In this document: positions 34,825-47,538 of the stretch, piece by piece
Position numbering within the stretch: position 1 is the first letter of the stretch
How the letters are laid out: every line of letters begins with the position of its first letter
Source of the DNA: Ignavibacteriota bacterium
GTDB lineage: Bacteria > Bacteroidota > Ignavibacteria > UBA10030 > CAVZMI01
Reading direction: 5' to 3'
Assembly: GCA_963776275.1 (NCBI GenBank)
Contig: CAVZMI010000018.1
Span: forward strand, 32,001-96,000
Length of the DNA stretch: 64,000 nt
Notes under the pieces: generated by a model
What the model was told of the DNA's origin: nothing
What the model saw: the letters and a program-made list of their open reading frames with translations, nothing else
Databases searched by the model: none
Program-made: the position numbers and the translations under genes

Positions 34825-37800
34825 ATGGAAGTACGGACGGACATTTCAATAATGAAATATATACAATCCTTAATCCATGTCTCGAGAGACATTACGCTTC
34901 GTATGACGTGGAAGATCGTTATAATTGTTCTGTTCTTTGTCGCTGGGGGATTCGCTCTCCATGCTCTATTATTTCACTTCTTGATTATCACTTCCGGATG
35001 GCAGATCGTTATCTCCATGTTATTTGTTGTCACGGTCGTACTTAGTGGTGTCTTTCTTCTGATTCGTATTTCCCAGATCGAGATCAAATCCCTTCTTGCC
35101 AGTGACATCGCAAAAGAACGAGAACGGCTGCACAGACTCAGCACAACCGTCACAGCCCAAACCTCATCTCTGTCGATGCAAGAACTGTCACGAACAATTG
35201 CCGATAACGCTCGAATTATATCAGGAGCATCCTCTATTTCAATCGGCCTTATAAATGCAAATCGTTCAACTGTCCATATTACACTTCTGTCGAGCGGAGA
35301 CGATGATTCACTTAAAAAGGCTATTGAAGGCACCGGAGTCGATCCTGCAAATCTTGAGTGTTCGATGGGAGAGAGGACGCTTCTAGAAAAGATTGCAGAG
35401 GAACGTGTTCTATGGAGTTCGAGTGATCCGACTGTCTTTTTCTCGGCGTTGCTTCCCGAAAAGGTCGGCGCTGAGATTCGGCGTATTTCAAATATGAGAC
35501 ACGTGGTCATCGTCCCTATGTCAATTGAGGGTGCGAAATTAATCGGTTTTATGATTTATTTGTTCGACGGGGAGATCTGCGATGTCGATCTTCTTGAATT
35601 TTTCGGAAATCAGTATGCTCAGGCGATTGAGAAATTCCGGATGCTCGATGAAATCCGGCAGTATTCTACGCATCTGGAAGAGCTTGTTGAACGAAAAACG
35701 CGCGAGCTTCAAACGTCAGAGAACCAACTGAGCGATTTCCTGCAGAATATGAGCGATCTTGCCCTTGCACTCGACCCGGATGGACGGATCGTTTTCGCAA
35801 ATCGCAAGTTTGAGACCTTTGCCGGGAGCGATATTCCTCCGGGACCCGTTATTGACGGATTTCTTATCTCCCGAAAGCATCGAAATCACAATGTCAAATC
35901 TGAATGATGTCTGTCGGGGTTATCCGCGTGAATTTACAGTAACGTTCAAAGCGCGGAAGTCCATTGCACATGTGAAGGCAAGCCCACGGTTCGACAGCCT
36001 GGGGCGTGTAGTACAGGTTTTCGCGATTGCACGCGATGTCACCGAGACAGTCGAAATGGAAAAGCGTATTCATCAGTATGCAAAGGAACTGGAAATACTG
36101 GTCAACGAGCGCACTGCGCGGCTGCGTCGTTCGGAAGAACATTACCGGTTGATTGTTGAGAACATTCATGATAAGGTGTTTATCCTCGATGCAAAAGGGA
36201 AATATACATATGTCAGCCCAAGCTGTGCGATGTTGAGCGGGTATACGGTTGATGAGTACATATCAGGAGCCGTTTCTCTCAAAGATTATATTTATCACGA
36301 GGATTATGATCGGGTTATAACGCTTCTTGCGAAAGCACTTGCCCTGGGTGAGCCCCGCAACGATGTCGAATGCCGCGTGGTTCATAAGAATGGTGAGATT
36401 ATTTGGGTATCGATGAGCTGGGCGGTCGTACGCAATCATAACGGAGAACCTGTTGGTGTGGAGGGCGTCGAGCGTGATATCACGGCGCGAAAATATGCTG
36501 AAGAACAGGTCGCGATGTTCGCCCGGGCGGTAGAGAGCATTCACGAAGTCGTGATGGTACTGGATCTCAAGGGTAAGTGTATCTATGCCAATGAAGCGGC
36601 ATCGGATTTGCTCGGGTATCAAGTCGATGAACTTCGCGGGATGAATTTCTCGCTCTTCTTTTCACATGAAGACCGTGTGGGGATTGACACCGATATTCTG
36701 ACACAGGCGCAGGAGTCGAATTGGGAAGGCGAAGTTACAATGTCGAAAAAAGATGGAGGCCGGTGTTCGATGTATATGGTCGCCTCGCCCATCCGTGGAA
36801 CAGCAGGACATCCGACTGCCATCGTCGCCATAGCACGGGATATCAGTCAACAACATGCACTTGAACTGCATCGTGAGCTTCTCCTCCAGGCCTCACGGAT
36901 CAGTAATGAGACCGAAGAAGCCCCACTATTCTGTCATAAGGTATGTGCGTTAATTGCGAAAGATGGACTGTATACTGTCGCTGCTGTTCATCGTTATGAG
37001 GCCGAGAAATCAACTCTGGAACTCTGTTCGATTTCCGGCGATGAATTGCATCGAGCCGAGATTGCTCAGTCATACTCGATCATGGATGGGAATGGCTCAG
37101 AGTCCCTCCCATGGATCCGTGCGGTCCGGACACGTCAACCCGTTCTTGACGGCCCGATTATCTCCATTCCGCTGATCGCAGAAGAGAGTCTTATCGGTAC
37201 ATTGACACTGGTCGAATCACCGCTACAAAAGCGGATTGACCAGAATATTAACATGCTCTATCTGCTGGCAAATGATATAGCGATTTCGATATCGAAAAAG
37301 CAACTGATAAAGCAGCTGTCACATCGAACAACCGAACTGACTACTCTCAACGAGATCAGCACGGTCGTCGCTGGGACGCTTGATCCGCAAAAGGTCTATG
37401 AGCGAATCTATACGGCTATCAGCGAGTTGTTCCCGGTCGATGCTTTTTATATCCGGATCTACCGACCTAAACACCACACTCTTGAGTGGGCGATTCTTGT
37501 CGATACAGTCGATGGTGTGCGGCGTATCCTTCCGACATCGGAGTTGAGTTCAAGTTATGGCGCAACCGTCGAAATGGTGATGCGCGAACGGAAGCCGCTT
37601 CTGGAAATAGGCGTTCCCTCCAATCGTCGTACATCTGGGACTGAAAAATATATAGATGATGAACGACATGCACCGTCGACAATGCTGGTACCAATGATTG
37701 CGCGTGATAAGGTTGTCGGAATTATGTCGATACAGAGCTATACCGAAAATGCGTATTCACATAGCGATATCATACTGCTTCAGAATATTGCCAACCAGTT

Positions 37801-39412
37801 GACGTCGGCGATCGAAAATGCAGAGCTAGTAAACGGTTTGGAGAATGCCCTCAGGGAACAGCGCCAGCTTCTCATTGAGCTTCAACGCACAAACCAGAAT
37901 TTGAAAGAACAGAGGGAACAGGCCGAAAAAGCTAATAAAGTGAAAACAGAGTTTCTCGCCAATATGAGCCATGAACTGCGGACACCGCTGAACGCAATTA
38001 TAGGCTTTAGTGAAATTCTCATCGCTGATTATGCGACATGCTCGAAAGATGTAATTGAAGAATTTTTAGAGAATATACGTAAAAGCGGAAAACACTTACT
38101 CCATCTTATTAACGACGTTCTCGATATTTCGAAGGTTGAAAGCGGAAAAATGGAATTACGATTGGCCGATTGCGACCTGCTGGAAATGATGGAAGATGTC
38201 CGTGGCACCATGAAACCAATTGCAGATCGGAAAGAAGTCCATATCGTAACAGAATACAATGCCCGTATCAAGACGGCCTATGTCGACCAGCAAAAATTCA
38301 AGCAAATACTCTTCAATCTTCTTTCGAACGCCGTCAAATTCAGTCACAATGCAGGGATTGTCGTCGTTCGGACGGATGTTGTCGACGAGATGCTCGAGGT
38401 AACGATCGAAGATCATGGAATCGGGATCAAACCGGAAGATCAGAAAAGACTTTTTAAGGCATTTCAACAGGTCGATAGTTCCTATTCGCGAAAATATCAA
38501 GGATCGGGACTCGGTCTTGCCCTTGCAAAAACCCTCGTTGAGTTACACGGAGGCGCGATCTCGGTCGACAGCGAATCTGGAAAAGGGGCAACGTTCCGGT
38601 TCAGGATTCCAATGGGGACGCGATCGGTCGATATCCAGAAAAATGTGCCGGCAAGTGCACCTCTCGTGCTTGTCGTCGAGGATACTCCGGAAGTTGCCCG
38701 TCTTCTTGAGGTCTATCTGAGCGAAGGTGGGTATAGGGTCGCTATTGCAACGAATGGGGTCCAGGCGGTCGACAAAGCAAAAGAGTTACTGCCCCACGCG
38801 ATCACACTCGACGTTATGCTGCCGCTGAAAGATGGATGGAGTGTGCTTCGTGACTTGAAATCGGATGAGGCGACGAAACAAATCCCGGTGATTATGATCT
38901 CGATTATCGACGATAAGCAACGAGGATACAGTCTGGGAGCAGTCGATTATCTGGTCAAGCCGGTCGAACGGCGACAACTCCTTTATCGGCTAAGCATGCT
39001 CGGCCTTGATGCCCGCGTGAATCGAATCTCAACCGTGGTGATCGACTCGGAGACGGAAGCGCAATCACATATGAAGCGAATACTTAGCGAAGGACACTTC
39101 AACGTCGCAGGTGCGTTATCAGGCGAAGAGGGAATACAGCTTGTCAAGGAAAAGAAACCGGCTATTATTATTCTAGATTTTCTTCTGAAAGATATGGCAT
39201 GTTTTGATGTGGTCCAAATTCTCAAGAAAGACTCAAAAATGAAAAACATACCAATCATTCTAACAACACATGCCGATCTCACGCCTGACGAAAAGGCGCG
39301 GATCAGTGATGGAGTCGATGCGATAATAAAGAAAAATGCATTTTCACGAGATGAACTCTTTCGAGAAATAAGACGGTTGATCGAAGGAGAACAGGTCAGT
39401 GCAACAAAATAA
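34825..39412 (+). CDS. Membrane-anchored multi-PAS/GAF hybrid histidine kinase with two receiver domains; frameshift near 35840
   Basis: Two N-terminal TM helices, GAF and PAS repeats (ARDVTE, ERDIT, ARDIS), [29 protein letters not shown], two receiver domains. Confidence 0.88.
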
Positions 39413-39468
39413 ATGTTATTCGGGGGAAGAAACAACAACAGGGATTAATTCAGGAGAGGGGAGAGAAT

Positions 39469-39834
39469 ATGAAAATACTGGTCGTTGAAGACAACTTGAT
39501 GAACCGACAACTCGCAGGGTATCTACTGCGAAAAGTAGGAATTGAAACGGCCGAAGTGGAATCGGGTGAAGAAGCACTCGCCTGGCTCGAAGAACATGCC
39601 GCCGAGATCGCACTACTGGATATCCAGCTTCCGGAAATGGACGGCGTCGAGGTGCTGCGGCGAATTCGTATAAACGAGAATTGGCGTGATATGACCGTTA
39701 TCGCATTGACCGCTTATTCAATGCAGGGAGATAAAGAACGATTTGAAGCAGTCGGGTTCGACGGCTATATCGCAAAACCGATTGACTCGAAGACATTCGT
39801 TCAATCCATTCTCCAGGTGAATTATCATCACTGA
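39469..39834 (+). CDS. Single-domain response regulator (DivK/CheY-like)
   Basis: ILVVEDN, LLDIQLPEMDG, ALTAYSM.GD.ERF...GFDGYIAKPID. Confidence 0.92.
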   Translation: MKILVVEDNLMNRQLAGYLLRKVGIETAEVESGEEALAWLEEHAAEIALLDIQLPEMDGVEVLRRIRINENWRDMTVIALTAYSMQGDKERFEAVGFDGYIAKPIDSKTFVQSILQVNYHH

Positions 39835-40036
39835 AATATCGGCGCGTTGATCCTATCTTTACAGTGTACGACGGAGGGATAATCTTCGAGCGAAGTAATA
39901 CGATTTTGCATTTATGGTGTAACTTTTTCGGGCTGTCACAGTATAATAAAGCGACAAGCAAGAAAACTCTCCTTCTTAGAGTCAGCCTGCTGGAGGTTTC
40001 TAAAGCCACAGCAGGCTGTTTTATTTCATCCATTCC

Positions 40037-40065
40037 TTGACTTTGCCTCAATTTTTCCCTAATTT
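40037..40065 (+). promoter_or_regulatory. Possible sigma70 promoter
   Basis: TTGACT-N17-TAATTT upstream of the acyl-CoA dehydrogenase operon. Confidence 0.4.
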
Positions 40066-40162
40066 TTCTATTCATTTGAACGAAAATCGAGTCAGGTGTC
40101 TATTTTTGGCGACATAAACCAGACTGTTCCGTAGTTTTCCATACTTTCCTGAGGTCTCCACA

Positions 40163-41332
40163 ATGTCGAAATTTCAGGGGGTCGATTATTTCCAGATGAA
40201 TTCACTCCTCTCAGGAGATGAAATCCTTGTACGAGATACGAGCCGGGCATTTGTGGAGGACAGAATTATACCGATCATCGAACACCATAACAGAGCGGGT
40301 ACATTCCCGATCCACCTCGTTTCAGAAATGGCGGACATTGGAGTATTCGGAGCGACACTACCCGAAAAATATGGTTGTGCCGGATTGAATAATGTCGCGT
40401 ACGGTTTGATGATGCAGGAATTAGAACGCGGTGACAGTGGTGTCCGGAGTTTTGCATCAGTACAGAATGCTCTTGTAATGTATCCCATCTTCACGTTCGG
40501 CTCTGAGGAACAGAAAGACACCTGGCTTCCGAAACTTGCAAAAGGCGAAGCGATCGGATGTTTCGGATTGACGGAACCTGATTATGGATCGAATCCTGGG
40601 GGAATAATTACGCGGGCTGAGAAGGTTTCAGGTGGTTACAAGCTCAACGGCGCAAAGATGTGGATAACCAACGGAACGATTGCAGATATCGCCGTTGTCT
40701 GGGCGAAACTTGACGGGGTAATTCACGGTTTCCTTATTGAGAAAGGGACACAGGGATATAGTGCTCCGGAGATGAAAGGTAAACATTCATTGAGAGCTTC
40801 CGTCACCTCGGAGCTTGTGTTCCAAGACTGTGTCATTCCGGAAAAGAATCGTTTGCCGCTGACAAGCGGGTTGAAGTCTGCCTTGATGTGCTTGAATCAG
40901 GCCCGGTATGGAATTGCATGGGGTGTAATCGGTGCAGCAATGGCATGTTATGAATCTGCTTTGAATTATGCAAAGACCCGGATTCAATTCGACAAACCCA
41001 TCGCCGCATTCCAGATAACACAGGAAAAGCTTGTGTATATGCTCACCGAAATCACAAAAGCACAGCTTCTATGTCTGCAGCTCGGCCGTTTGAAGGACAA
41101 GGGTGCGCTGCGCTATCAGCAGGTTTCGCTCGCAAAACGGAATAACGTTCAACAGGCGCTTGAGATAGCGCGGGTTGCTCGGGAGATCCTCGGCGCCAAT
41201 GGTATTCTCGATGAGTATCCGGTTATGCGTCATAGTGCAAATCTTGAATCGGTAAAAACATATGAAGGCACTCATGAAATGCACACGCTCATTGTCGGGG
41301 AGGATATTACAGGGATTGCTGCCTTCTCCTGA
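40163..41332 (+). CDS. Acyl-CoA dehydrogenase, glutaryl-CoA dehydrogenase-like
   Basis: ELERGDSG.RSF.SVQ, GCFGLTEPDYGSNP, GAKMWITNG, ARYGIAWG, TYEGTHE. Confidence 0.9.
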   Translation: MSKFQGVDYFQMNSLLSGDEILVRDTSRAFVEDRIIPIIEHHNRAGTFPIHLVSEMADIGVFGATLPEKYGCAGLNNVAYGLMMQELERGDSGVRSFASVQNALVMYPIFTFGSEEQKDTWLPKLAKGEAIGCFGLTEPDYGSNPGGIITRAEKVSGGYKLNGAKMWITNGTIADIAVVWAKLDGVIHGFLIEKGTQGYSAPEMKGKHSLRASVTSELVFQDCVIPEKNRLPLTSGLKSALMCLNQARYGIAWGVIGAAMACYESALNYAKTRIQFDKPIAAFQITQEKLVYMLTEITKAQLLCLQLGRLKDKGALRYQQVSLAKRNNVQQALEIARVAREILGANGILDEYPVMRHSANLESVKTYEGTHEMHTLIVGEDITGIAAFS

Positions 41333-41359
41333 AGAGTTGGTGCCAATTATTTGGAATGA

Positions 41360-42835
<1,476 letters not shown>

Positions 42836-42841
42836 CCTTTC

Positions 42842-43909
42842 ATGAAGTATCGTCTTTCGAAAGTGCAGTCCACCCTTACTTCCTTGGGGCTTGATGGATT
42901 TCTTGTCACATTTCTTCCTCATATCCGTTATCTCACCGGATTCACAGGCTCGAATGCAATTCTTTTCTATAATAGTCGTCGCTGGTATTTTCTTACGGAT
43001 GCACGATATCGGGTTCAAGGTGAAGCTGAAGTGAAGGAATGCAAAGTGATTATTTCGAGCCGTGGGAGCATCGAGGAGCTTCAGAAACGGAATCTTATGA
43101 GGGGAGTCCGTACGCTGGGCATCGACGAATGCTCGATGTCGTTAGCCACATTTAAAACAATAAAGAGGTGCTTTTCGAAGCTCCGGTTTCGTTCGGTTGA
43201 CAACCTGATTGAAAACCTAGCAATCATAAAAAATAAGAATGAGATTGAGAAAATCCGGAAGGCAGTAAATATATCGGACGCGGTTTTTTCCGAAATCCTT
43301 CCGTTCCTTAAAGCCGGAACCCGCGAGTGTGATATAGCAGCTGAAATAACATATCGGGTGAGAATCCACGGTGCGGAAGGCGAGAGTTTTGATCCGATCG
43401 TCGCAAGCGGATTCCGGAGTGCATATCCGCACGCACGTGCCTCAACAAAAAAAATACGAACAGGAGAATTCGTTCTAATCGACTTCGGCTCAAGATATCG
43501 TGGTTATCACTCCGATATTACCCGGACTGTTCATGTCGGAGTGCCGTCATCACGACGCAGGAAACTCTATCAAGCGGTACTTGACGCCCAGGAACGTGCA
43601 ATGGAAAAAGCACGGGCAGGAATACCGGCGATGGAAGTCGACCGTGTTGCCCGGGAATCTCTTACAAACGATGGGCTTGCGAACTATTTTATTCATCCGG
43701 TCGGGCACGGCATCGGCATGCAGGTTCATGAATCACCGATTATTTCTTCGAATAATCCGTACCGCCTTGCGGTGGGAAATGTTGTCACGATCGAACCAGC
43801 TGTGTACGTTCCGGGCGTGGGTGGAATCCGAATTGAAGATGATATCGTCATTCAGAAAAATTGCTGCCGTATTTTAAGCACATCTCCGAAACATTTGATT
43901 ATCATATAG
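42842..43909 (+). CDS. Xaa-Pro aminopeptidase family (M24)
   Basis: YLTGFTGS, TDARY, DFG..Y.GYHSDITRT, HPVGHGIG.QVHE, TIEP, GIRIEDD. Confidence 0.93.
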   Translation: MKYRLSKVQSTLTSLGLDGFLVTFLPHIRYLTGFTGSNAILFYNSRRWYFLTDARYRVQGEAEVKECKVIISSRGSIEELQKRNLMRGVRTLGIDECSMSLATFKTIKRCFSKLRFRSVDNLIENLAIIKNKNEIEKIRKAVNISDAVFSEILPFLKAGTRECDIAAEITYRVRIHGAEGESFDPIVASGFRSAYPHARASTKKIRTGEFVLIDFGSRYRGYHSDITRTVHVGVPSSRRRKLYQAVLDAQERAMEKARAGIPAMEVDRVARESLTNDGLANYFIHPVGHGIGMQVHESPIISSNNPYRLAVGNVVTIEPAVYVPGVGGIRIEDDIVIQKNCCRILSTSPKHLIII

Positions 43910-43916
43910 ACGCTTC

Positions 43917-45221
43917 ATGAAGAATATATTAATCGTTGCTTACTATTTCCCGCCGATGGGACTCAGCGGAGTCCAGCGTACGCTGAAATTTGCCAAATAT
44001 CTTCCGCAATTCGGCTGGCAGCCGACGGTGCTGACTGTCGCTCCGACTGGATATTATGCTCATGATCTTTCGCTCCTCGAAGAAGCGCAAGCTGCGGGCA
44101 TATCGATTGTCAGAACGAGATCGCTTGATCTTAATCGGTTGCTCTCCCGAAAAGGAACCATCGAGATTCCGCACGAAAAAATTCGGGCGTTGCTTAGCAT
44201 AATAAGTCAGATTTTCTTTATTCCGGACAATAAAATTGGATGGAGAAAAAGGGCGATTAGAAAAGCAGAGGAACTGATACAGCAACAGGAGTTTTCTGTT
44301 ATATTTGCAACTGCGCCTCCTTATACAGATTTTCTCATTGGGCGATATCTCAGGGAAAAATATCATATCCCGATGGTGATCGATTATAGGGATTCCTGGT
44401 ACGATAACCCGGCGCATTTCTACTCTACACCTCTCCATATGCTTGCACACAGGCAACTTGAAAAAAGAGTTTTGAAAAGCGCCGACAGGATTATCGTTAT
44501 CAATAGACGTATCAAGGAGCTTCTCCTCAAGCGGTACGAATTTCTACGGTACAATGAAATTGAAATTATACCTCAGGGATTCGACCCTGCAGATTTTAAT
44601 CTCCAGCCAAAGGCCGTGCTGCCGAAATCGAAAAAGATGCGCTTCACCTATTCCGGTACCTTTAATGGCGGCCGGACTCCGAAATATTTTCTCGAAGCAC
44701 TGGCGAAAGTATTCCGCGAACATCCGAAACTCCGGGGATCGATCGAGGCGTGTTTCATGGGAGCCTTCAGAGAAGAAAATAAAAAATATATTCAACAATT
44801 AAACCTGCAGGACGACGTAGTAATTCTTGGATATCTCGATCATACCGAATGTACAAAATATCTCCTCGCGTCGGATGTTCTCTGGATGATGTTGAGTAAA
44901 TCGAAAGGATCCGACATGATATCAACCGGCAAGCTCTATGAGTACATCGGAGCAGGGAAACCGATCTTTGGATGCGTCCCCGACGGCGTTGCACGCCAGA
45001 CCATTCTCGAAGCCGGAGGTGTTGTTGTCGATCCCACCGATGTTGACGGAATTGCCGATGCGATCCTTGATTTCTATGAAAAATATAAGAAAAAAGAGTT
45101 GACGGTTCCATCGGAAGAGGTCGTTAAGCGTCATGATAGAGTCTTTCTTGCAGGAGAAGTCGCACGGTTGATGGAATTCCTTGTCGACTATTCCCACCAA
45201 ATAGAAAAGGTCTCGGTATGA
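43917..45221 (+). CDS. Glycosyltransferase family 4 protein
   Basis: YYFPP..SGVQR.LKFAKYL, DYRDSW, GKLYEYI. Confidence 0.88.
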   Translation: MKNILIVAYYFPPMGLSGVQRTLKFAKYLPQFGWQPTVLTVAPTGYYAHDLSLLEEAQAAGISIVRTRSLDLNRLLSRKGTIEIPHEKIRALLSIISQIFFIPDNKIGWRKRAIRKAEELIQQQEFSVIFATAPPYTDFLIGRYLREKYHIPMVIDYRDSWYDNPAHFYSTPLHMLAHRQLEKRVLKSADRIIVINRRIKELLLKRYEFLRYNEIEIIPQGFDPADFNLQPKAVLPKSKKMRFTYSGTFNGGRTPKYFLEALAKVFREHPKLRGSIEACFMGAFREENKKYIQQLNLQDDVVILGYLDHTECTKYLLASDVLWMMLSKSKGSDMISTGKLYEYIGAGKPIFGCVPDGVARQTILEAGGVVVDPTDVDGIADAILDFYEKYKKKELTVPSEEVVKRHDRVFLAGEVARLMEFLVDYSHQIEKVSV

Positions 45222-46510
45222 AAATCCTCGTTGTCGGTTCCGGCGGCCGTGAACATGCGCTTACCTGGAAACTCAAACAGAGTCCTAATGTCACGGAACT
45301 CTATTGTGCACCGGGGAACGCAGGAACAGTGTCTCTGGCAACCAACGTCCCGGTGAAGGCAAATGATATTCAGGGCCTTTTAAAATTTGTAAAGAGCAAT
45401 CGAATCGATCTGACGGTCGTCGGTCCTGAAGTGCCTCTTACCGAAGGCATAGTCGATTCATTCGAGCCGGAAGGATTATCAATATTTGGCCCGACAAAAC
45501 TTGCCGCGGAAATCGAGGGGAGCAAAGTATTTTCCAAAAACTTCATGAAGAAATATTCTATTCCGACGGCGGCATACGCTGCGTTCAGCATTGATCAACG
45601 CCGTGAGGCTGAACAGTATATCGGAGCGTCTCCGCTACCGTGTGTTGTCAAAGCGGATGGACTCGCTGCAGGAAAAGGAGCGGTCATATGTGAATCGCGC
45701 GACGATGCCCTGAAGGTGATCGATGAAATGATGGAACAGAAAATATTCGGATCGGCGGGCGAGCGAATTGTCGTCGAAGAATTTATGACCGGTGAGGAAG
45801 CATCGGTGTTTGCACTTTCGGATGGAGAAAATTTCGCCCTTCTATCGCCCGCGCAGGATCATAAGCGGATTCTGGATGGCGATCAGGGTAAAAATACCGG
45901 CGGTATGGGTGCATATGCTCCGGCACCAGTGATGACCGCAGAACTCATGTCGCAGGTTGAATCAACGATAATTATACCGACAATAAAAGGAATGGCTGCA
46001 GAAGGAAGAACATATAGGGGGTGCTTGTACGTCGGTATAATGGTGACTTCAAGCGGCCCGAAAGTTGTGGAATATAACTGTCGTTTGGGAGATCCTGAAG
46101 CACAGGTCGTTCTCCCGTTGATCGATGGCGATCTTGCGGATATTATGATGGCAGCATGTCATGGAAATTTGAAGAATTATCACGTCAAGCCTCATGATGC
46201 CACCGCCGTGTGTGTGATTATTGCCTCGAGGGGATATCCCGACAAGTACGATACGGGGAAGAAAATATACGGACTTGATGCCAGTCAGTCGACAAATGAT
46301 GTCGTGGTGTTTCATTCGGGTACCCGATATGAAAATGGAGATATTGTGTCTTCGGGCGGGCGTGTTCTTGGAGTCACAGCAATTGGTTACGGGCATGGGC
46401 TTGAACGGACAATCCGCATTGCATATTCAGGAGTGCGACAAATTACCTTCGATGGTGCGTATTATCGCAGTGACATCGGGCAAAAAGGGCTGCGTCATCT
46501 CCGGCAGTAA
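45218..46510 (+). CDS. purD: Phosphoribosylamine--glycine ligase
   Basis: GSGGREHA, APGNAG, VGPEVPL, KADGLAAGKG, QDHKR, NTGGMGAY, EYNCRLGDPE, GGRVL. Confidence 0.98.
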   Translation: MKILVVGSGGREHALTWKLKQSPNVTELYCAPGNAGTVSLATNVPVKANDIQGLLKFVKSNRIDLTVVGPEVPLTEGIVDSFEPEGLSIFGPTKLAAEIEGSKVFSKNFMKKYSIPTAAYAAFSIDQRREAEQYIGASPLPCVVKADGLAAGKGAVICESRDDALKVIDEMMEQKIFGSAGERIVVEEFMTGEEASVFALSDGENFALLSPAQDHKRILDGDQGKNTGGMGAYAPAPVMTAELMSQVESTIIIPTIKGMAAEGRTYRGCLYVGIMVTSSGPKVVEYNCRLGDPEAQVVLPLIDGDLADIMMAACHGNLKNYHVKPHDATAVCVIIASRGYPDKYDTGKKIYGLDASQSTNDVVVFHSGTRYENGDIVSSGGRVLGVTAIGYGHGLERTIRIAYSGVRQITFDGAYYRSDIGQKGLRHLRQ

Positions 46511-46539
46511 AAACATAATAATCTGATTACGAGGTAGGT

Positions 46540-47472
46540 ATGAATATTCTTGTCACAGGAGGAGCCGGATTCATCGGTTCGCATGTTGTTGATGCATACA
46601 TCGAAGCAGGTCATTCGGTATTTATCATTGACGATCTTTCGACAGGGCAGCGGGAGAACATTAATCCAAAGGCACATTTTTTTCAGATAGATATACGATC
46701 GTCTGAAATTGAATCCATTTTCAAAATGTATCCGATTGAAATTGTGAACCACCATGCTGCACAGATGGATGTCCGGAAATCTGTCGCCGAACCGCAATTC
46801 GATGCTTCCGTCAATATCGTCGGCATGCTGAATCTGATGGAAAATGCAGTACGAAATGGAGTTAAAAAAGTGATCTTTTCATCGACAGGTGGAGCGATCT
46901 ACGGTGAACAGGATTATTTCCCAGCCGATGAAGATCACCCGACACGTCCTCTCTCTCCCTATGGAATTGCAAAACTTGCAACAGAAAAATATCTGTATTA
47001 TTATGAAGAGGTTTATGGACTTCCCTCGATCATTCTCCGGTATGCAAACATCTTTGGCCCGCGTCAAAATCCATACGGCGAAGCGGGTGTGATAGCAATA
47101 TTTACGGATAAATTACTTCGGGGTGAACAGCCGATCATAAATGGCGACGGCCGACAGACACGCGATTATGTATATGTCGGCGATGTTGTCGAAGCAAATG
47201 TGCTTGCGCTCACGTGCCGGAATTCGGAAATTTTCAATATTGGGACCGGGATCGAAACGGATGTAAATACTCTTTATGCGTACGTCCAGGCTGCCGTCAG
47301 TTCTCATATGCCCGAGGTTCATGGTCAGGCGAAGAAGGGAGAGCAACTCCGAAGCGTCATTTCATCAAAAAAGATCGAACGTCTTCTGGGTTGGAAGCCA
47401 TCGGTCGCCGTCCGGGAAGGTATTCTGATTACTGCGAATTCTTTCCGATCACGGTTGTCACGTCCCATATGA
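46540..47472 (+). CDS. NAD-dependent epimerase/dehydratase (UDP-glucose 4-epimerase-like)
   Basis: TGGAGFIGSH, SSTGGAIYG, YGIAK, LRYANIFGPRQ, GDGRQTRDYVYV. Confidence 0.92.
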   Translation: MNILVTGGAGFIGSHVVDAYIEAGHSVFIIDDLSTGQRENINPKAHFFQIDIRSSEIESIFKMYPIEIVNHHAAQMDVRKSVAEPQFDASVNIVGMLNLMENAVRNGVKKVIFSSTGGAIYGEQDYFPADEDHPTRPLSPYGIAKLATEKYLYYYEEVYGLPSIILRYANIFGPRQNPYGEAGVIAIFTDKLLRGEQPIINGDGRQTRDYVYVGDVVEANVLALTCRNSEIFNIGTGIETDVNTLYAYVQAAVSSHMPEVHGQAKKGEQLRSVISSKKIERLLGWKPSVAVREGILITANSFRSRLSRPI

Positions 47473-47538
47473 ATAATGAAGTAGAAATTTTCGTATGCTT
47501 AATAGTTTTTATGGTTAATTAACTCATTGCGAGGAGTT

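Noticed and set aside
32660-34825. Sigma54 (-24/-12) promoter around the NtrC-family gene
   Set aside because: I could not find a convincing TGGCAC-N5-TTGC match by eye in the flanking intergenic regions.
34825-35907. Separate gene upstream of the hybrid kinase
   Set aside because: A PAS domain is split across the overlap with ORF 35759-39412; it is one gene with an indel near 35840.
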